The notes below the pieces were generated by a model. The model ran no database searches. It saw only the letters and a list, made by a program, of their open reading frames with translations, and was not told where the DNA came from. Shown one piece after another: positions 25,688 through 38,078 of a DNA stretch of 64,000 nucleotides (position 1 is its first letter; every line of letters begins with the position of its first letter). Origin of the DNA: Moniliella sp. 'wahieum' (lineage: Eukaryota). Location of the stretch: the NCBI GenBank assembly GCA_003971905.1, contig RSEE01000036.1, positions 496,001 to 560,000 of the forward strand, written 5' to 3'. The position numbers were made by a program, and so were the translations under genes.

Positions 25688-26847
25688 GGCTAGGAGCCGC
25701 GCAGGCCAGCGGGCAGGAGGAGATGAGGTTGGCGGTGGCGGAGGGGGGGCTGGAGGAGTGGAGGCACAGGAGCATGTGGGATCCATGTCGTCTTGGCGTG
25801 CTGTGCAAGCGCATCACGCATCATGCGTCCTCCCGTCATGCATCATGCATCATACCTCACACCTCAGTGATCGGGGCGGTGCCAACGTGGACGGTTCATT
25901 CCTATGGTCGGCTTGTGGTGTGTTCGTTTGGTTGCGTTGGCAGTGGGTCCAGTCGTTGTCACTAGCACTGCTGAGACGGAGCCCTCTCGACACAGCAGCC
26001 ACGGCCGCCTCAATGAGCGGCACGCCCTGCGGATCCCCCACTGCACACATCCCTCACCACAGACAGAAGGCCTGACGAATGAAGACACGACCGCTTATTA
26101 GGGGCCGTTCGTTAGGCACAAAAAGCAGAAGACTCGACTCGACCCTCTCCTTGTCTTCTGGCCATCGATCATTGATCGAATTGATCCCGCTGGAACAAAC
26201 TCACAGGATCTCATAGACCTCTCATCAATTTCCCGTAGACCTGAAAGCCGGTCCAGGAGTGCATTACGCGTTACGAATGGCAAACGTATGTATGCAAGCA
26301 GGGCCATCGCACATATACTAGTGCCGTGGCCCGCAACGGAAGGACTATTAGTGAGCGTGAGATCCGAGATCTCTACGAGATAAAGCGAAAGTAGAAGGGA
26401 AAGACAAGACAAGAAAGTGTATAACAAGCAAGGCTGCATGAGCAGAATGAGAACACCGTAATAAGGCATCTGATTGGCCAGCAGAAGGCGAGGGTCCACA
26501 GAGGGGAGAGAGAAAGGTTGGATTGAGGAGCAGGGAGAGAAGTACAGAGAAAAGACCGAGAGCAAACCCGCTGGGAGAAACGGGGGTGGACAAAGTGCAG
26601 CGCACTAATCAGCCGCCATGCGTACTAGCACCCACTTTACACTTCGCACCCCACCATGCTGGCCAAGACAGGAACAGAAAAAGAAAGAAAGAAATTGGTA
26701 GCCTGTGCCTACGAATGAAAAACAGCCGTGACGAACTCGACGAGGGGGCGACAAGGGGGGAGGAGGCGCACCCGCGTAGGGAAACCGTCAATGCGGAGAA
26801 TGGAGCGTAGGGAAAGGGATGCAACGGTAGCTGAGGGAAAACGACAG

Positions 26848-28336
26848 TTACACCAGCAGTGCAGCCGCACCGCCCATAGCGGCCAACACGGCAGAGCCAG
26901 CCATGGCCACGGCATGCAAGTCTGCAGCACCCGACTTGCTGTTGGACTTGTCCGACGCCGTGCCAGACCCCGAGGACGCAGCCGCCGAGGCTTGGCTACC
27001 CGTGGTAGTGCTGGCCTGGAGCGACGCCTGGGCGGAACTGGAGACAATGCCCACCTCGATCGAGGCGACGGAAGAAGCAGTAATGTCACTGGCGGACGGG
27101 ATGCCCGACGGCATCACGTTCCCGCCCGTGTACTGCTCAAAGTTAGGGTATACAATGCTGGTCTCCCGGTACGGCTGCGTCAGGTTCTGGCACACGTGCA
27201 CGGGGGTGATGTACTTGTACGCGGCCGCGATGGATGGGTATTCTGTAGGGGAGGAGGAAAGAGGGTCAATGCCCGAAAAGAGGACACCACGTAAAAAAGA
27301 AAAGCAAACGTACCCGTCATCATGAGCTGCATCGTGTCGGCATTGATCTCGTGGGTGAGGACGACGACACCGCCAGTTTGGCCAGCAGGCGACTTGGCCT
27401 TGCTGATGATGGAAGCGTAGTTGTTCTGAATCACTGAGCTAGGGGCGCTGCCCTGGGGCATCACCTCCCAGTCGTCCGTGTCATCGGTCCAAATGACGGT
27501 TGCGAGGCCAAGACCGTGGGCAATAGCACGGACACGGTCATCGACATCTCCGTAAGGCGGACGCCAGGAAGTCACCGTAACACCGGTAACCCACTTGATG
27601 GCCTTAACCGTGTAGAAGAGCTCGGCGGCGAAAACTTGCGTGTCAGTCAGGGCCGTCATGTAGCGGGTGAGACCAGGTGTGGGCGGCGAGCTGGTGGCCA
27701 TCAGTCAGGCCACGTTGCGCCTGAAGGGGCCAGTTGATCACGTTGGAACCAATGTAGAACAGGGTTGCCTTCTGATTCTTGGACTTGAGGAAGTCGTAGA
27801 AAGCATTGTGGGTGCAGTTGGGCCCATCGTCAAAGGTCAACCCCCACGTGCCGGGCTCATCGCAATTGTAGATATCGCAGGCAAGCCAGCTGCCTTAGGC
27901 GTAACACACTTGCTCTCCGTCCACCAGCAGTCAGGGTCTGCTGGGCGTTGTAGGTAGTCCCCTGTTCGGAGCTCGTGGGAGTGCCCTTGGGTGGGATTTT
28001 GGGGATCTGGACTGCCTTTTGGACGGCGGCCCACTGGGCATTGGCCTCCTGGTCGTTGGGCATGATGTCGGCAATCTCCCAGTTGGTAGGGAAGGAAGTG
28101 GAGAAGGACGAGGCGGGTGCGTAGTTGTAGTACTTGCACTCGGTGGCAGGCGTGGTGACCGACTGCCAGGCCTCGTCGTTGTAGCTGGCCTGGCGACGCT
28201 GCATGCCGCGGCGGGCGACATCGGCTTGGAGACGGGGGGTGAGCTTACCGGGGACACCGGCGCCAAGGTGGGCGCTGGCCTGGCCGGCGAGGAGCGCGCT
28301 GACGGCAGCAGCCAGCACGGCGACGTTGGTGAGCAT
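26848..28336 (-). CDS. Chitin deacetylase (CE4/NodB), GPI-anchored
   Basis: Signal peptide MLTNVAVLAAAV; CE4 motifs TFDDGP, HTWSH, RPPYGD, LTHE; Ser-rich tail plus hydrophobic C-terminus (AVAMAGSAVLAAMGGAAALLV). Intron 27243-27313; frameshifts. Confidence 0.92.
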
Positions 28337-30655
28337 GATAGAAGCGAACGAGCGGCGGGGGGGAAGGGCAAGGCAAAGGAAGGTGGGGGGGAGAGAGACG
28401 GGCGAAGAGGAGCGGTGATGGGAGGAGCTTAAGGGCCAAGGAAGGAAGCGGGCCGGCCAAGGGGCTGCTCGCCGTCCAGTACTAATACTAGTCCCAGGCA
28501 GTCCCCAGGGCAAGGTGGCGGCGGTGGCTGGGCAGCGGCTAGCAGCAGACGCAATGCAAGGCGCACAAGCGTGCCTGCGGTGATCTGCCGGCGCTTCGGT
28601 GCCCTGCCGTGCCGCCTGCCCGACGCCGCACGAGGCCAGAGGCAGCCCAGGGTCGCCGCCATCCAGCTCAGACTGCGGTGATGCGTGGATGGCGCAGCCT
28701 ATTCGGCGCGCTGCTCGGCCCCTCTCGCCATCGCCGCACACGGGCAGTCGCACGCCATCGCCACAGTGCCCTCGCATCGCAGCACTGTTGGGAAGGGCGT
28801 CGCTCCCCTGGATGATCGTGCGCGGGGCGCGGTCTCCACCGCAAGGCGGTGGGATGCTGGGCTCGACAGTGGAGCTGTTTCACCAGGGTGGGCACGGCGC
28901 CACTGCACAGAGAGCGAGCCGCGTGCGAACACCTCGTCACTCGCACAGTGCATCGCCGTGCTGCGCCAGACTGTGGGGCCCCACAGGGTGCTTAATGCGC
29001 ACCACAGCTCCTTGCATACCAGCCGGTCACATTCGGTGCAAATCCACATCCACCCCACCCAATCCCACACCCCGAGCACTGCGTCATTTGTAACCCTAGT
29101 CCCCTCCGCCTATTGTACTCTGGTATTGTTGTGCGCTGTCAGCCACGCAAGCGGCTCAGCTGGGAGCATTCCCGTCCCGAGAGCAAGTCTCCCGGATGTG
29201 CTACCATTCCATCAGCCCAGTACCACCACCCTTCTTGCGTGTTTCTGTTTGCGTTTTCCCCATTCAATATTCACATGGCATCAAAAGCCACCGCGCCGGG
29301 GAAAGGAGACGCGGTTACGGGCACCTGTGCCGGACGCCCAAAACAACGCGCTACTCGCGTCGTCGAGCTCTCTAGCTGCCTCCCTCCTCCCCCATTCCAC
29401 TTTTCTTTGAAACGTTCCAGTTTTTTCTTGACGATCGTTCTCCATCTATCGCCGATCGACGATCGTCAGCTCAAAATCAAAGCGCACCCTGTTTCCAAGC
29501 CGCGGCAACAGCAAGACTGCTTCTGTTGTTATAATGCTGTGGTGGAACACAATTTTTGCACCACTTTTTGGAAGACTCCATGTTCACAATGTTGAAGTGA
29601 GTGAAAGGATATAGCTGGTGAGAGTAAACTGATATCATGTATCTGATACCTCCCTACTCTGCTGTAGACATACCCCATGCTCTGTGAACATACGCTTCCC
29701 TCGCATCTCTCCCCACACGCTATCGTCACTACAGCTACTAACATATTATAGCCACGCGCATCACACCGGCGAAAACCTTTTGGTCCTCTCACGTTTGCTT
29801 ATAGTATCTCACATGACATTCATATCTCATTCCTACCATCTGGTCTTTTGTTCTACAGCAATTGGTGACAGGAAGAGAGGATGGGCCTCTGGATGTGAGG
29901 TTGATACAAGTTATAAGAAGACCGGCATCAGGCCTTTTGGGCATGAGGCGTACTTGAACGACGAACTAAACAACTGTTACACCGACAACAAGGTGGGGTT
30001 TAGGGTAGATAGCTTTTTCCCTACTCTCAACAAAAAATGTATAGGGGGGCAGCCACAGCACGCCTCTTCCGTCCTATGGCTAAGACAGTCTCATATATAG
30101 AGCAGGAAACATGGAAGCCTGTGTATAGGATGCATGGGCTAGCTTCCCAAGCCCCCTGATGCTATCTGCGCTTCGATATAGATCTTCAAAAGTCCACCGC
30201 TGGCATACTACGGCCAGCGCATAATGTCCAGTGTTTCCAGATGTCCTTTGATCTTTCACGGTGATATATAGAAGCCGTGGCAATCATGCAACAGGCCGAT
30301 GACAGGATGTGGTAAGACCCAACAGCTACTATTAGTCTGTCCCACATGCCAAGATGCAGACGATGGAACGGTTTTGAAAGGTATGCCTTATTGGTTACAC
30401 CAAAACTTGCTTGCATAGTCTTTTCGACGACGGAGAGAGCGTGTCGGGAGAACATATATCCTGCCATGTCACGGCTGCTATGCGCTAGTACATATGATAC
30501 TCATGCAATGGAACGCAGACTTGAACGAAAGGAAAATGAGCCTATAAAACAGTCTCGGTGTGGTCACCCGTATACGAGAAAGAAGAAAGTAGGAAGCATT
30601 GCTTCACAAAGGAAACTGCAGAGAGGGCAACGACTATAATAATCATTGGGTGGAC

Positions 30656-31404
30656 TCATACGCCTTGCTTCAATCCGACCCCGGCGTGTTTTCGTCGTCC
30701 ACTTTCGTCGTCCTCTTCCGGGCCGCTGGTGCGGTTGGTACCGTCACTGTTGATCCGGACGGCTTGGCTAGGCGGCACGCGTATGGAAGGGAGAGAGGAC
30801 AACGAGGGAGACAAGGGTGCAGCTGGAGTGGAACCGGTGGACTGGGTCCAAGAAGACAAGGTTGCGTTGGGTCACAGTGCGAGCGGTGGTCCAAAGGCGG
30901 CCAGACGACCGCTCCCGCCTGAGCTGAGCACCGATCCATTTTTGTCACTGGAATCGTATACGGGGGGGTCGGGACAGAGGGTGCGAGCAACGCCGGTATG
31001 CCGGCGGCTATCGAGGCGAGCATGCTCTGGATCGCTCGTACGTTCATCCGAGGGGCTACGGCTGCCCAAATTGGAAGGGAGGTATGGACGAGGGGGAGGG
31101 AAAGAGGGATCCTCAAATGTGTCTTCTTCATCTTCCCAATCCTTCAAAGCAAACGTAGAGAGCGGATCGGTCGGCCAATGTCGGTCGTTTGCGGTTGATG
31201 ACCCTTGTACGGGGGCAGGGGAGGGCTTGCGTTCCAGTTTTGGGGCAGCAAGTGAAGAAGGTATGCGCTAGTTTGTTCAGCCTCTGGCGCCACAAGTGCT
31301 GTCGTCGTGGTGATTCGGTATTCATCACTTGCCCGGAGGGGCTTTGGTGTTCAGCCGGCGGTTCGTTATGGTTGGGCTTGAATGGGGAAGAAGGAGGGGC
31401 CATG
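30656..31404 (-). CDS. Hypothetical Pro/Ser-rich protein
   Basis: Overlapping minus-strand ORFs with coding-like composition starting MAPPSSPFKP; no known domain. Confidence 0.3.
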
Positions 31405-32411
31405 TCAGGAAACCGACGGGTGGTTTTGGAATGGTGTTGTGGATAGAAGCTGCTATTATATGTGAGTGCATGGAGTGTTTTGCGCCATGATAAAGTACTC
31501 TGTATGTTGTAAAATCCATGCGCGGAGGCAGTTGCAGGGGGTACTATACTGTACTGACAGGCACCCCGTCGGCCGGTGCAGCTATTGGGGCCGCTAAAAG
31601 GCAATCGTACTAGAATGGAGAGGCACTGGCTGAGCCAGCGGTTCAATAACCAGTAAGCGGGCACTCCCTCCTGCTACCATGTCGGTTTCCGGTTCATCCC
31701 GCTGGCGAACTGGTACAGAGAGTCCAGAAGCCCGAAGGAAACATCAAGTCGAGATGGAAGCCCTCTCCGAATCCACCTCAGGGATTAATATTGTGCCGGC
31801 CCTGTTTTTCTGGCCGCACCTTGTGCCTGGTGCGCGTATCTAGTAGTCATCCTAGTCATCGGGCCATCCCCCTTTGGCCAGCACAGGCCTACGCCCGCCC
31901 CCACACGCCACCAGAGAAACCACGTCTGTCAGGAACAGGGCGATCCAATCTGTCCGAGATGATCGATGGGATGGATGCGATCGAGATGTGGATGAGATGA
32001 TCGATGACACGCATGCATGATGCATGATGAATGATGCTTCAGGCGCTCAGGCAACTCGATTATCAAGGACACAAGCTGCGCGTGCACCCGTTGCGCAGTT
32101 TCCCTTTTTTGATAACAACGACCCGTATCTTTAAACGTCCAACCTTCAACCGCGCAGCACCACGTCGACGCAAGGTGTGCACCCGAGCGGACGTACAGAA
32201 GGGGAACCAGGCTACAATGATATATAACCACTCAACATGTGCAACTGCGCCGCGTCCGAATACGCTTCAGCAACGGGACAATTCAACCAGGGTAAAGAGG
32301 GAGAGGGGAATGGAAGCATAAACAGCTAAGGCCAATGAACTTGATGATCAGGAAGGAGGGCTCCCGTGTCAAGCATACCGCTCGTGAATCGATGCCAAAC
32401 AAGGGTTTTTA

Positions 32412-33614
32412 TCATGATGCATAATGACGTAGACAACAGGGAGTGGGTATGCGCAATTCTGCCCCACCCATGCACAGTTGGGAGGGAGGCAGTAACATGC
32501 GCTTAATTGATGTTGGACCTGGCAGATGGGAAGGCACAGTCAGGGATTTTCTTTGGGCAAAGACACCGGGAGGGACGTACGCGTCAAAAATTGGTTTGCC
32601 CGGCGGGACATCGCTGCCGGTCTGCGTCTCTCCAGTGGCAGGCACTTGTTCTTCGTCCGCTGCGGGTGCATCCGAGGACACGGGAGGCACGCGATGTTGT
32701 GTCGTTGGCACACCGTGGTCCAGCGTCTGAATTGGCGCTGGGCCATCATCCAAATCGTATCCCTCGCTGTCGTGCATCTGGTCGCCGGGCACATACGCAT
32801 GTTGCGGCACCCCTGTCTCATCCACTTGCTCGGCCGCCTCAATTACCTCGTACATCGGTGACGCTGCTTCGGGCGCCGGCACACGACCCTCGAGCAAGTC
32901 CCGGGCCGGAATGTACCGTAAAATTCGCGGTTGGCATCTTTGCGCTCGATGAGTGCCACGCCTTCCAACGACACGCCTGCGTACAGCCCCTTGCTTCGAC
33001 TGTAGCTAAAGATGGGCGAGGGGTGGGCCACAGCCGTCTGCACTGCACCACCCGTCCCAATCGGTCCGCGCTGTAGCAGAGAGCGAGCCACCAAGAGTCA
33101 GATTGCCTGCCAGTGTAAAAGACCGAACTGCTTCTTGGCTGTTCATCACCAGGACAAACTCGGACAAGTCGGCACCAATCTGACGAGGAGCGGGTTAGTG
33201 CTAAACATGGGAGTGCAGACCGAAAAAACATACCTGGAAACCAACGCCCACACCACCCGTGGCAATGCACGAGGGTGCAGACCATGATCCGTCCGGCAGA
33301 CGAGCGACCACAACCCCGAGCCTGCTTTGGCGGACCAAATAAACCCCCCTTGAGCACGCTGAAGACGGCGAGGCCCTGGGCGCGCTGTAACACCGCCTTG
33401 GGGATGGAGTTGAGAGCAGAGTTGGGGTTTTCTGGGTCGGCAAGGAAGGATTGAAGAATAGTGGCGGCCCGCTGGCACTCCTTGGGGAGGGTGAAGCCCT
33501 GCTGGGCAACCTGGACCTGCTCGTTGATCTGGCGGCCAGTTTGCTGGGCAAAGGCGGTGGCTGGATGCCTGCCTTGTGGGCAGCGAGTTTGAACTTGTGG
33601 AGATACGCGTCCAT
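32412..33614 (-). CDS. SYLF (Ysc84 actin/lipid-binding) domain protein
   Basis: IPKAVLQRAQGLAVFSVLKGG, AGSGVVVARLPDGSWSAPSCIATGGVGVGFQ, PIFSYSRSKGLYAGVSLEG, IERKDANREFYG. Intron ~33180-33233. No SH3 seen; 3' end approximate. Confidence 0.88.
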
Positions 33615-34690
33615 GGCGGCGACGGCAACAGAGGACGCGAGAAGGGGCCGGTGGAGGGGGAGGGGAGGCAGGTGAAGCTGGATACGCGGTGCGCGCCTAC
33701 GCCCAGCACAGGGCTGACAGGGAGCGGGGGGCACTCCACAGACGATAGACCGAGTCCCGTGGGGAGTACGGAGTGCCGCGTACTGAGATCTGAGACCGAG
33801 TACAGAATAGGCTCAGCTGGTGGGGTCAGGGTGAAACCTTTGGGGACTGCTCCAGTGGCCCCATCAGGCGACGCGCACGCTCTGCCCCCGCACACTGGCG
33901 TGGCGCTGGGCGTGAAAGCGTGCCTTTGAAATATACGGGGCCTGTGGGTGCGCCTGGCGTAGCTCGGCATGGCAGCGCGCAGCGCCAGGCAACAGGAGCA
34001 ACCCTAGCGCGCTTGGCCGAACGTTGCAATTCGGATGCTCAAAGAGGTCATGCATTGGTCATGCATTGGTCACCTGACCAGTCTGTGACATGCCTGCTGA
34101 GCCACGCCCGAAGGCAGCGAGCCAGACTATGGGAAGGAAGATCGGCGCGTCGGGATCATCCATCTCATCGGCATCGACCGGCATGGGCCAGGAGGCAAGC
34201 GGCGGTGGGGCCTGGTGGCGCGGTGGTGGCTGGCTCCGATCGATGAGGATCGGGCACACAGGTGTGGTGCTGAGGGCTGGACGACTGGGTGCGGCGTGCG
34301 CGACACGTACCGGTACCGAATACCAGGCTGCGCATGGCCAGTGGCGTGGCGCAAAGTGGATGGATCCAGGATCTGCGCCCTCCGAGGTGGCAGAGAGCGG
34401 CACCGACGGGCAAAAGGAGCGTGAGCGCTGGGCAGGCGTCAAAGCAAGAGAGCTGCTGCCTGCCTGCTGGCTGGCCACCGTTGCAATGCTTTGTTCCGGC
34501 GCGTCCTCCGAATCCATTCTGAGCGATGATCGAGACGATCAGATCTCAGAATCTCAGAACCTCTCGCCGCCGCGCGAGGCCGAACCACATCAGAGATTTG
34601 ATGCATATAAGCCTGCCTGCCTTTGCCCTAATACATCCTTTTGCCCCCCCCTCCCTTACCCTTTCCCTGCTCCTCCTCATCGGCCTCCCC

Positions 34691-35988
34691 ATGCTTCCCC
34701 TCCTGGCCCCGCTTGCGCTCGTGGGCAGTCTGTTGCTTGCTGTCCCCACCAGCGCCCACCTCGGCCAAGGCGTGCCGGGCCATCTGTCGCACCGCGCCCA
34801 TGTCCAGGCCCTCAAGCGCGGCATGGAGCGCCGTCAGGCCACCTACAACGACCAGACTTGGCAGTCGGTCCAGGACCCAGCCACCGAGTGTGCTGGCTAC
34901 GACTATGCCCCCACCGATTCCTTTTCCCGCCACTTCCCCACCGTGTGGGAGATTGCCCACATCCTGCCCCACGACAAGGAGGCGAACCAAGTCTGGGCCA
35001 AGATCAACAGCTCGGGCGTCATTCCCGCCAACATCCATCCCAAGGGAACCCCCGACGATTCCACCCAGGGCACCCATTACGACTACGACAAGGACCCCGA
35101 CTGCTGGTGGACTGCCACCACCTGCACCAAGCCCAAGCACAAACCCTTGCGCCATGACATCACCAACTGCCCTACCCCTTCCACCTGGGGGCTGACCTTT
35201 GACGATGGGCCCAACTGCACCCACAACTCCTTCTACGACTTCCTCAAGTCCAAGAAGCAGAAGGCGACCATGTTCTACATTGGCTCCAATGTGCTGGACT
35301 GGCCATTGCAAGCGCAACGTGGCCTAACCGATGGCCACCAGCTTGCCGCCCACACCTGGTCCCACCGTTACATGACGGCCCTAACCAGCAAACAGGTCTT
35401 TGCTGAGCTCTATTACACGGTCAAAGCCATCAAGTGGGTTACTGGCGTCACCGTGACGGCATGGCGACCTCCCTATGGCGACGTTGACGACCGCGTGCGC
35501 GCGATCGCGTACGAGCTGGGGCTCGAGACGATCATCTGGTCTGACGACACGGACGACTGGAACGTGGTCCCGTACGTGTACCTCTCTCTCTCCCCCTCAT
35601 CCACCTGTTAAACCTGTACTAATCTGTTCCTCACAGTGGTGGATCGGAACCCACGGCTTCGATCGAAGCCAACTACGCATCAATCATCAACAAGGCCAAA
35701 GGGCCGGCCAAGACGCAAGGTGTGGTGGTGCTGACGCACGAGATCAATGGACAGACGATGCACATGATGAAGCACGAATATTCTTCCATTGCCGCCGCTT
35801 ACAAGCACATCACTCCCGTTCACGTTTGCCACAACCAAACCCAGCCCTACCGCGAGCAAGAGTATGTGTACCCGACATTTGACGAATACGTTGGGGGGCA
35901 AGTCATGCCCAAGGGTGTGCCTTCGGCCAGCGACATTACCGCATCCAAGGTCGCCTCTATCGAGGTCGGCCCTACCTCTTCTGCTTGA
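34691..35988 (+). CDS. Chitin deacetylase (CE4/NodB), secreted, lacking GPI tail
   Basis: Signal peptide MLPLLAPLALVGSLLLAVPTSA; TFDDGP, HTWSH, RPPYGD, LTHE. Intron 35572-35636. Stops at IEVGPTSSA*. Confidence 0.93.
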
Positions 35989-37205
35989 GTCTATATGGCA
36001 TGCATGCCAACCGCTGCGTTCCCTCCCACATTGAGCCTCCTTTGCCCGCTCACCCGCCTCGCTGGCCACCCCGCTTCACCTTCTCAGGGAGGAGAGGTGT
36101 ATGGAACTGGTGGCAAGCACAGAGGCGGATGTTGCTCCCCCCCTCCGGGTTTTGTTCAGTTTTATACCATCTTCAGTCATTTTTGCTCCTCTCTTTCTTG
36201 CACCTTGCCGGTTACGGAAACCGAATGGGTTGGTCGGGGACCGCGGGGTACTCCAGCGGCGTCAATGGCCGCCGGCCCCCGCTGCGTCGCGCTGCTTCCC
36301 CCTATCTTGGGATCGGGGTACCTGAGCAGCCACTCGCAACTAGTCACTCGTACCTAGTCACTCGTACCGGAGCCGAACCACACCAGACCACCTTCTCTTC
36401 GCTCCACCCCTCCAGTGATTAATGGTTCAGCATTGTTCAGCATTCCGCCCCTCCCAACTCAGACGCCGCGCCACCATAGCCACAGACAGCAGGCCGGTGG
36501 GCCTAGCTACCACTTCTTATCCTCCCTTCAAACTGCCCTCCCCCCCTGCCGCTCTTTCCATTCTCCGTCTTGCCTTTGGGTTTGTCCACCCGCGATTCCC
36601 CCCGTTTTGAGATCCATTAGTGCAACGTATTTCTTCTTCGCACATATTGTGTTTTTCATCGTATTATACAGCCCCGCATCTCTACCTCCACCTGCGTCAC
36701 CCCCCCCGGCTGCCTTCTCAGTGCGTAACAACTAATGCAAACCAAACTGTACATCTGTGGCCACCCTGGCGCACGTGCGTCCTACCTCTCGAACGAGTAG
36801 TATGAGGCTGGCGCGTTGGGCGTAGGAAGGCTCGTGGGGAGGCTGGTGTTCCTTAGAACGACGTGACAGGGGGCTGCAAAGCCTATAAGCCACGGAATTG
36901 TGAGGCATACAGTGCGTAACGCGTAATGCGTACTGCACGTAATGGCACAATGTGACTACTGGGATGGAAAGACAACGCAAGACAAAACTCTAGTACGTCT
37001 ACGGCGCGACCCCACAACACAGAGAAATGAATTCTTTCCGATTCTTTCGCGTTGGTACATTCTCGGCGGCTTAGGTCTCCTGCGGGAGGTTGTCGTCGCT
37101 CGCATTATCCTCGCACCGGTCCTGTGGGAACTATGGTACAACAACTTGAAGTTTCTTCTCGATCCCGAGACGTTCCGGGCTGAGGCCCTGAGGACCTGAG
37201 GCCTG

Positions 37206-37230
37206 TGAAGCTTGAAGCTTGAAGCTTGAA
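37206..37230. repeat. (GCTTGAA)n heptamer tandem repeat
   Basis: TGAAGCTTGAAGCTTGAAGCTTGAA; the same unit occurs on the opposite strand at 61070-61097. Confidence 0.8.
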
Positions 37231-37720
37231 TCCCAAGGTGGAGGCCCCCCGCCCGAATGCAACGACCAGCACTATGGCAGAGTCACAGAGTGTGCACAGA
37301 GACACCTAGAGTATGAACTTTAGCCCTCGTCCCTTTTGACTGTGGGACCGATCTGACATATGCTGCTAGCCACTAGTCACTGTGACATGCTTCGGTATAG
37401 TACTGAGTAACTGAGCACTGAGACCAGACATCCCCTGTCTATCGTACTGAAAACAGTAGGAACTAAGTACTGATTAGACTACTGACTACAGGAGCTCGGA
37501 TAGCGGGTATTCTTTGGATCTCACATCTCACACCTCTCACCGGTCATCCTCATTCTCTGCTCTCCTATCTTTTGCTACACTGTTACTCTGCGCCCGCGGG
37601 GCCAACTAGGATGTCGTGCGCCATGTGGACCAGGAAACGGACTTTCTCGAGCCAAGGTCCTCGTTTCTTCTCCCGCTGCGGTCGAGCCAGCTTTCTTGGG
37701 AATGCCGTCCTGAAAAAAAG

Positions 37721-37729
37721 GTATAAAAC
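37721..37729 (+). promoter_or_regulatory. TATA box of the metallothionein gene
   Basis: GTATAAAAC ~115 bp upstream of ATG 37835, followed by a CT-rich leader. Confidence 0.65.
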
Positions 37730-37834
37730 CGGGCCCCCTTCCCTTGCTCATCTTTTGTTCCCTCACCCCACACCCCTCTACAGCCCACTCTCCGCCCTCT
37801 CCACCTTACTTCCACTTTCCTCCACCTTTTCACA

Positions 37835-38078
37835 ATGGCGGTACGTGGTGATTTCTCTGACGGGTGGTTTTCTGCCTGAAGGTGGCCGATGTCCTGATGG
37901 CGCTTACCGGGGCCTTTCAATGGATACGATCAGCTGCTGACTCGGTTGATTCTTCTGTATGCCGTCACGGACCAATTGATGCTTTGGACAGTGCCCTTGC
38001 TCTACCAAGTCCACCTGCACCTGCTCCTCGGGCAGCTGTTCGTCGTGCGGCACTTCGTGCGGCTCGTGCAACCACTAA
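37835..38078 (+). CDS. Small fungal metallothionein (30 aa, 8 Cys)
   Basis: Exon 1 ATG GCG (37835-37840) in context CACAATGG; intron GTACGT...TTGAT...ACAG (37841-37991); exon 2 gives MACPCSTKSTCTCSSGSCSSCGTSCGSCNH*. Confidence 0.8.

Noticed and set aside
28599..30639. Short ORFs upstream of the minus-strand chitin deacetylase
   Set aside because: No recognisable domains or gene structure; treated as promoter or intergenic DNA.
37206..37230. Heat-shock element
   Set aside because: Period is 7 bp (GCTTGAA), not alternating nGAAn/nTTCn pentamers.
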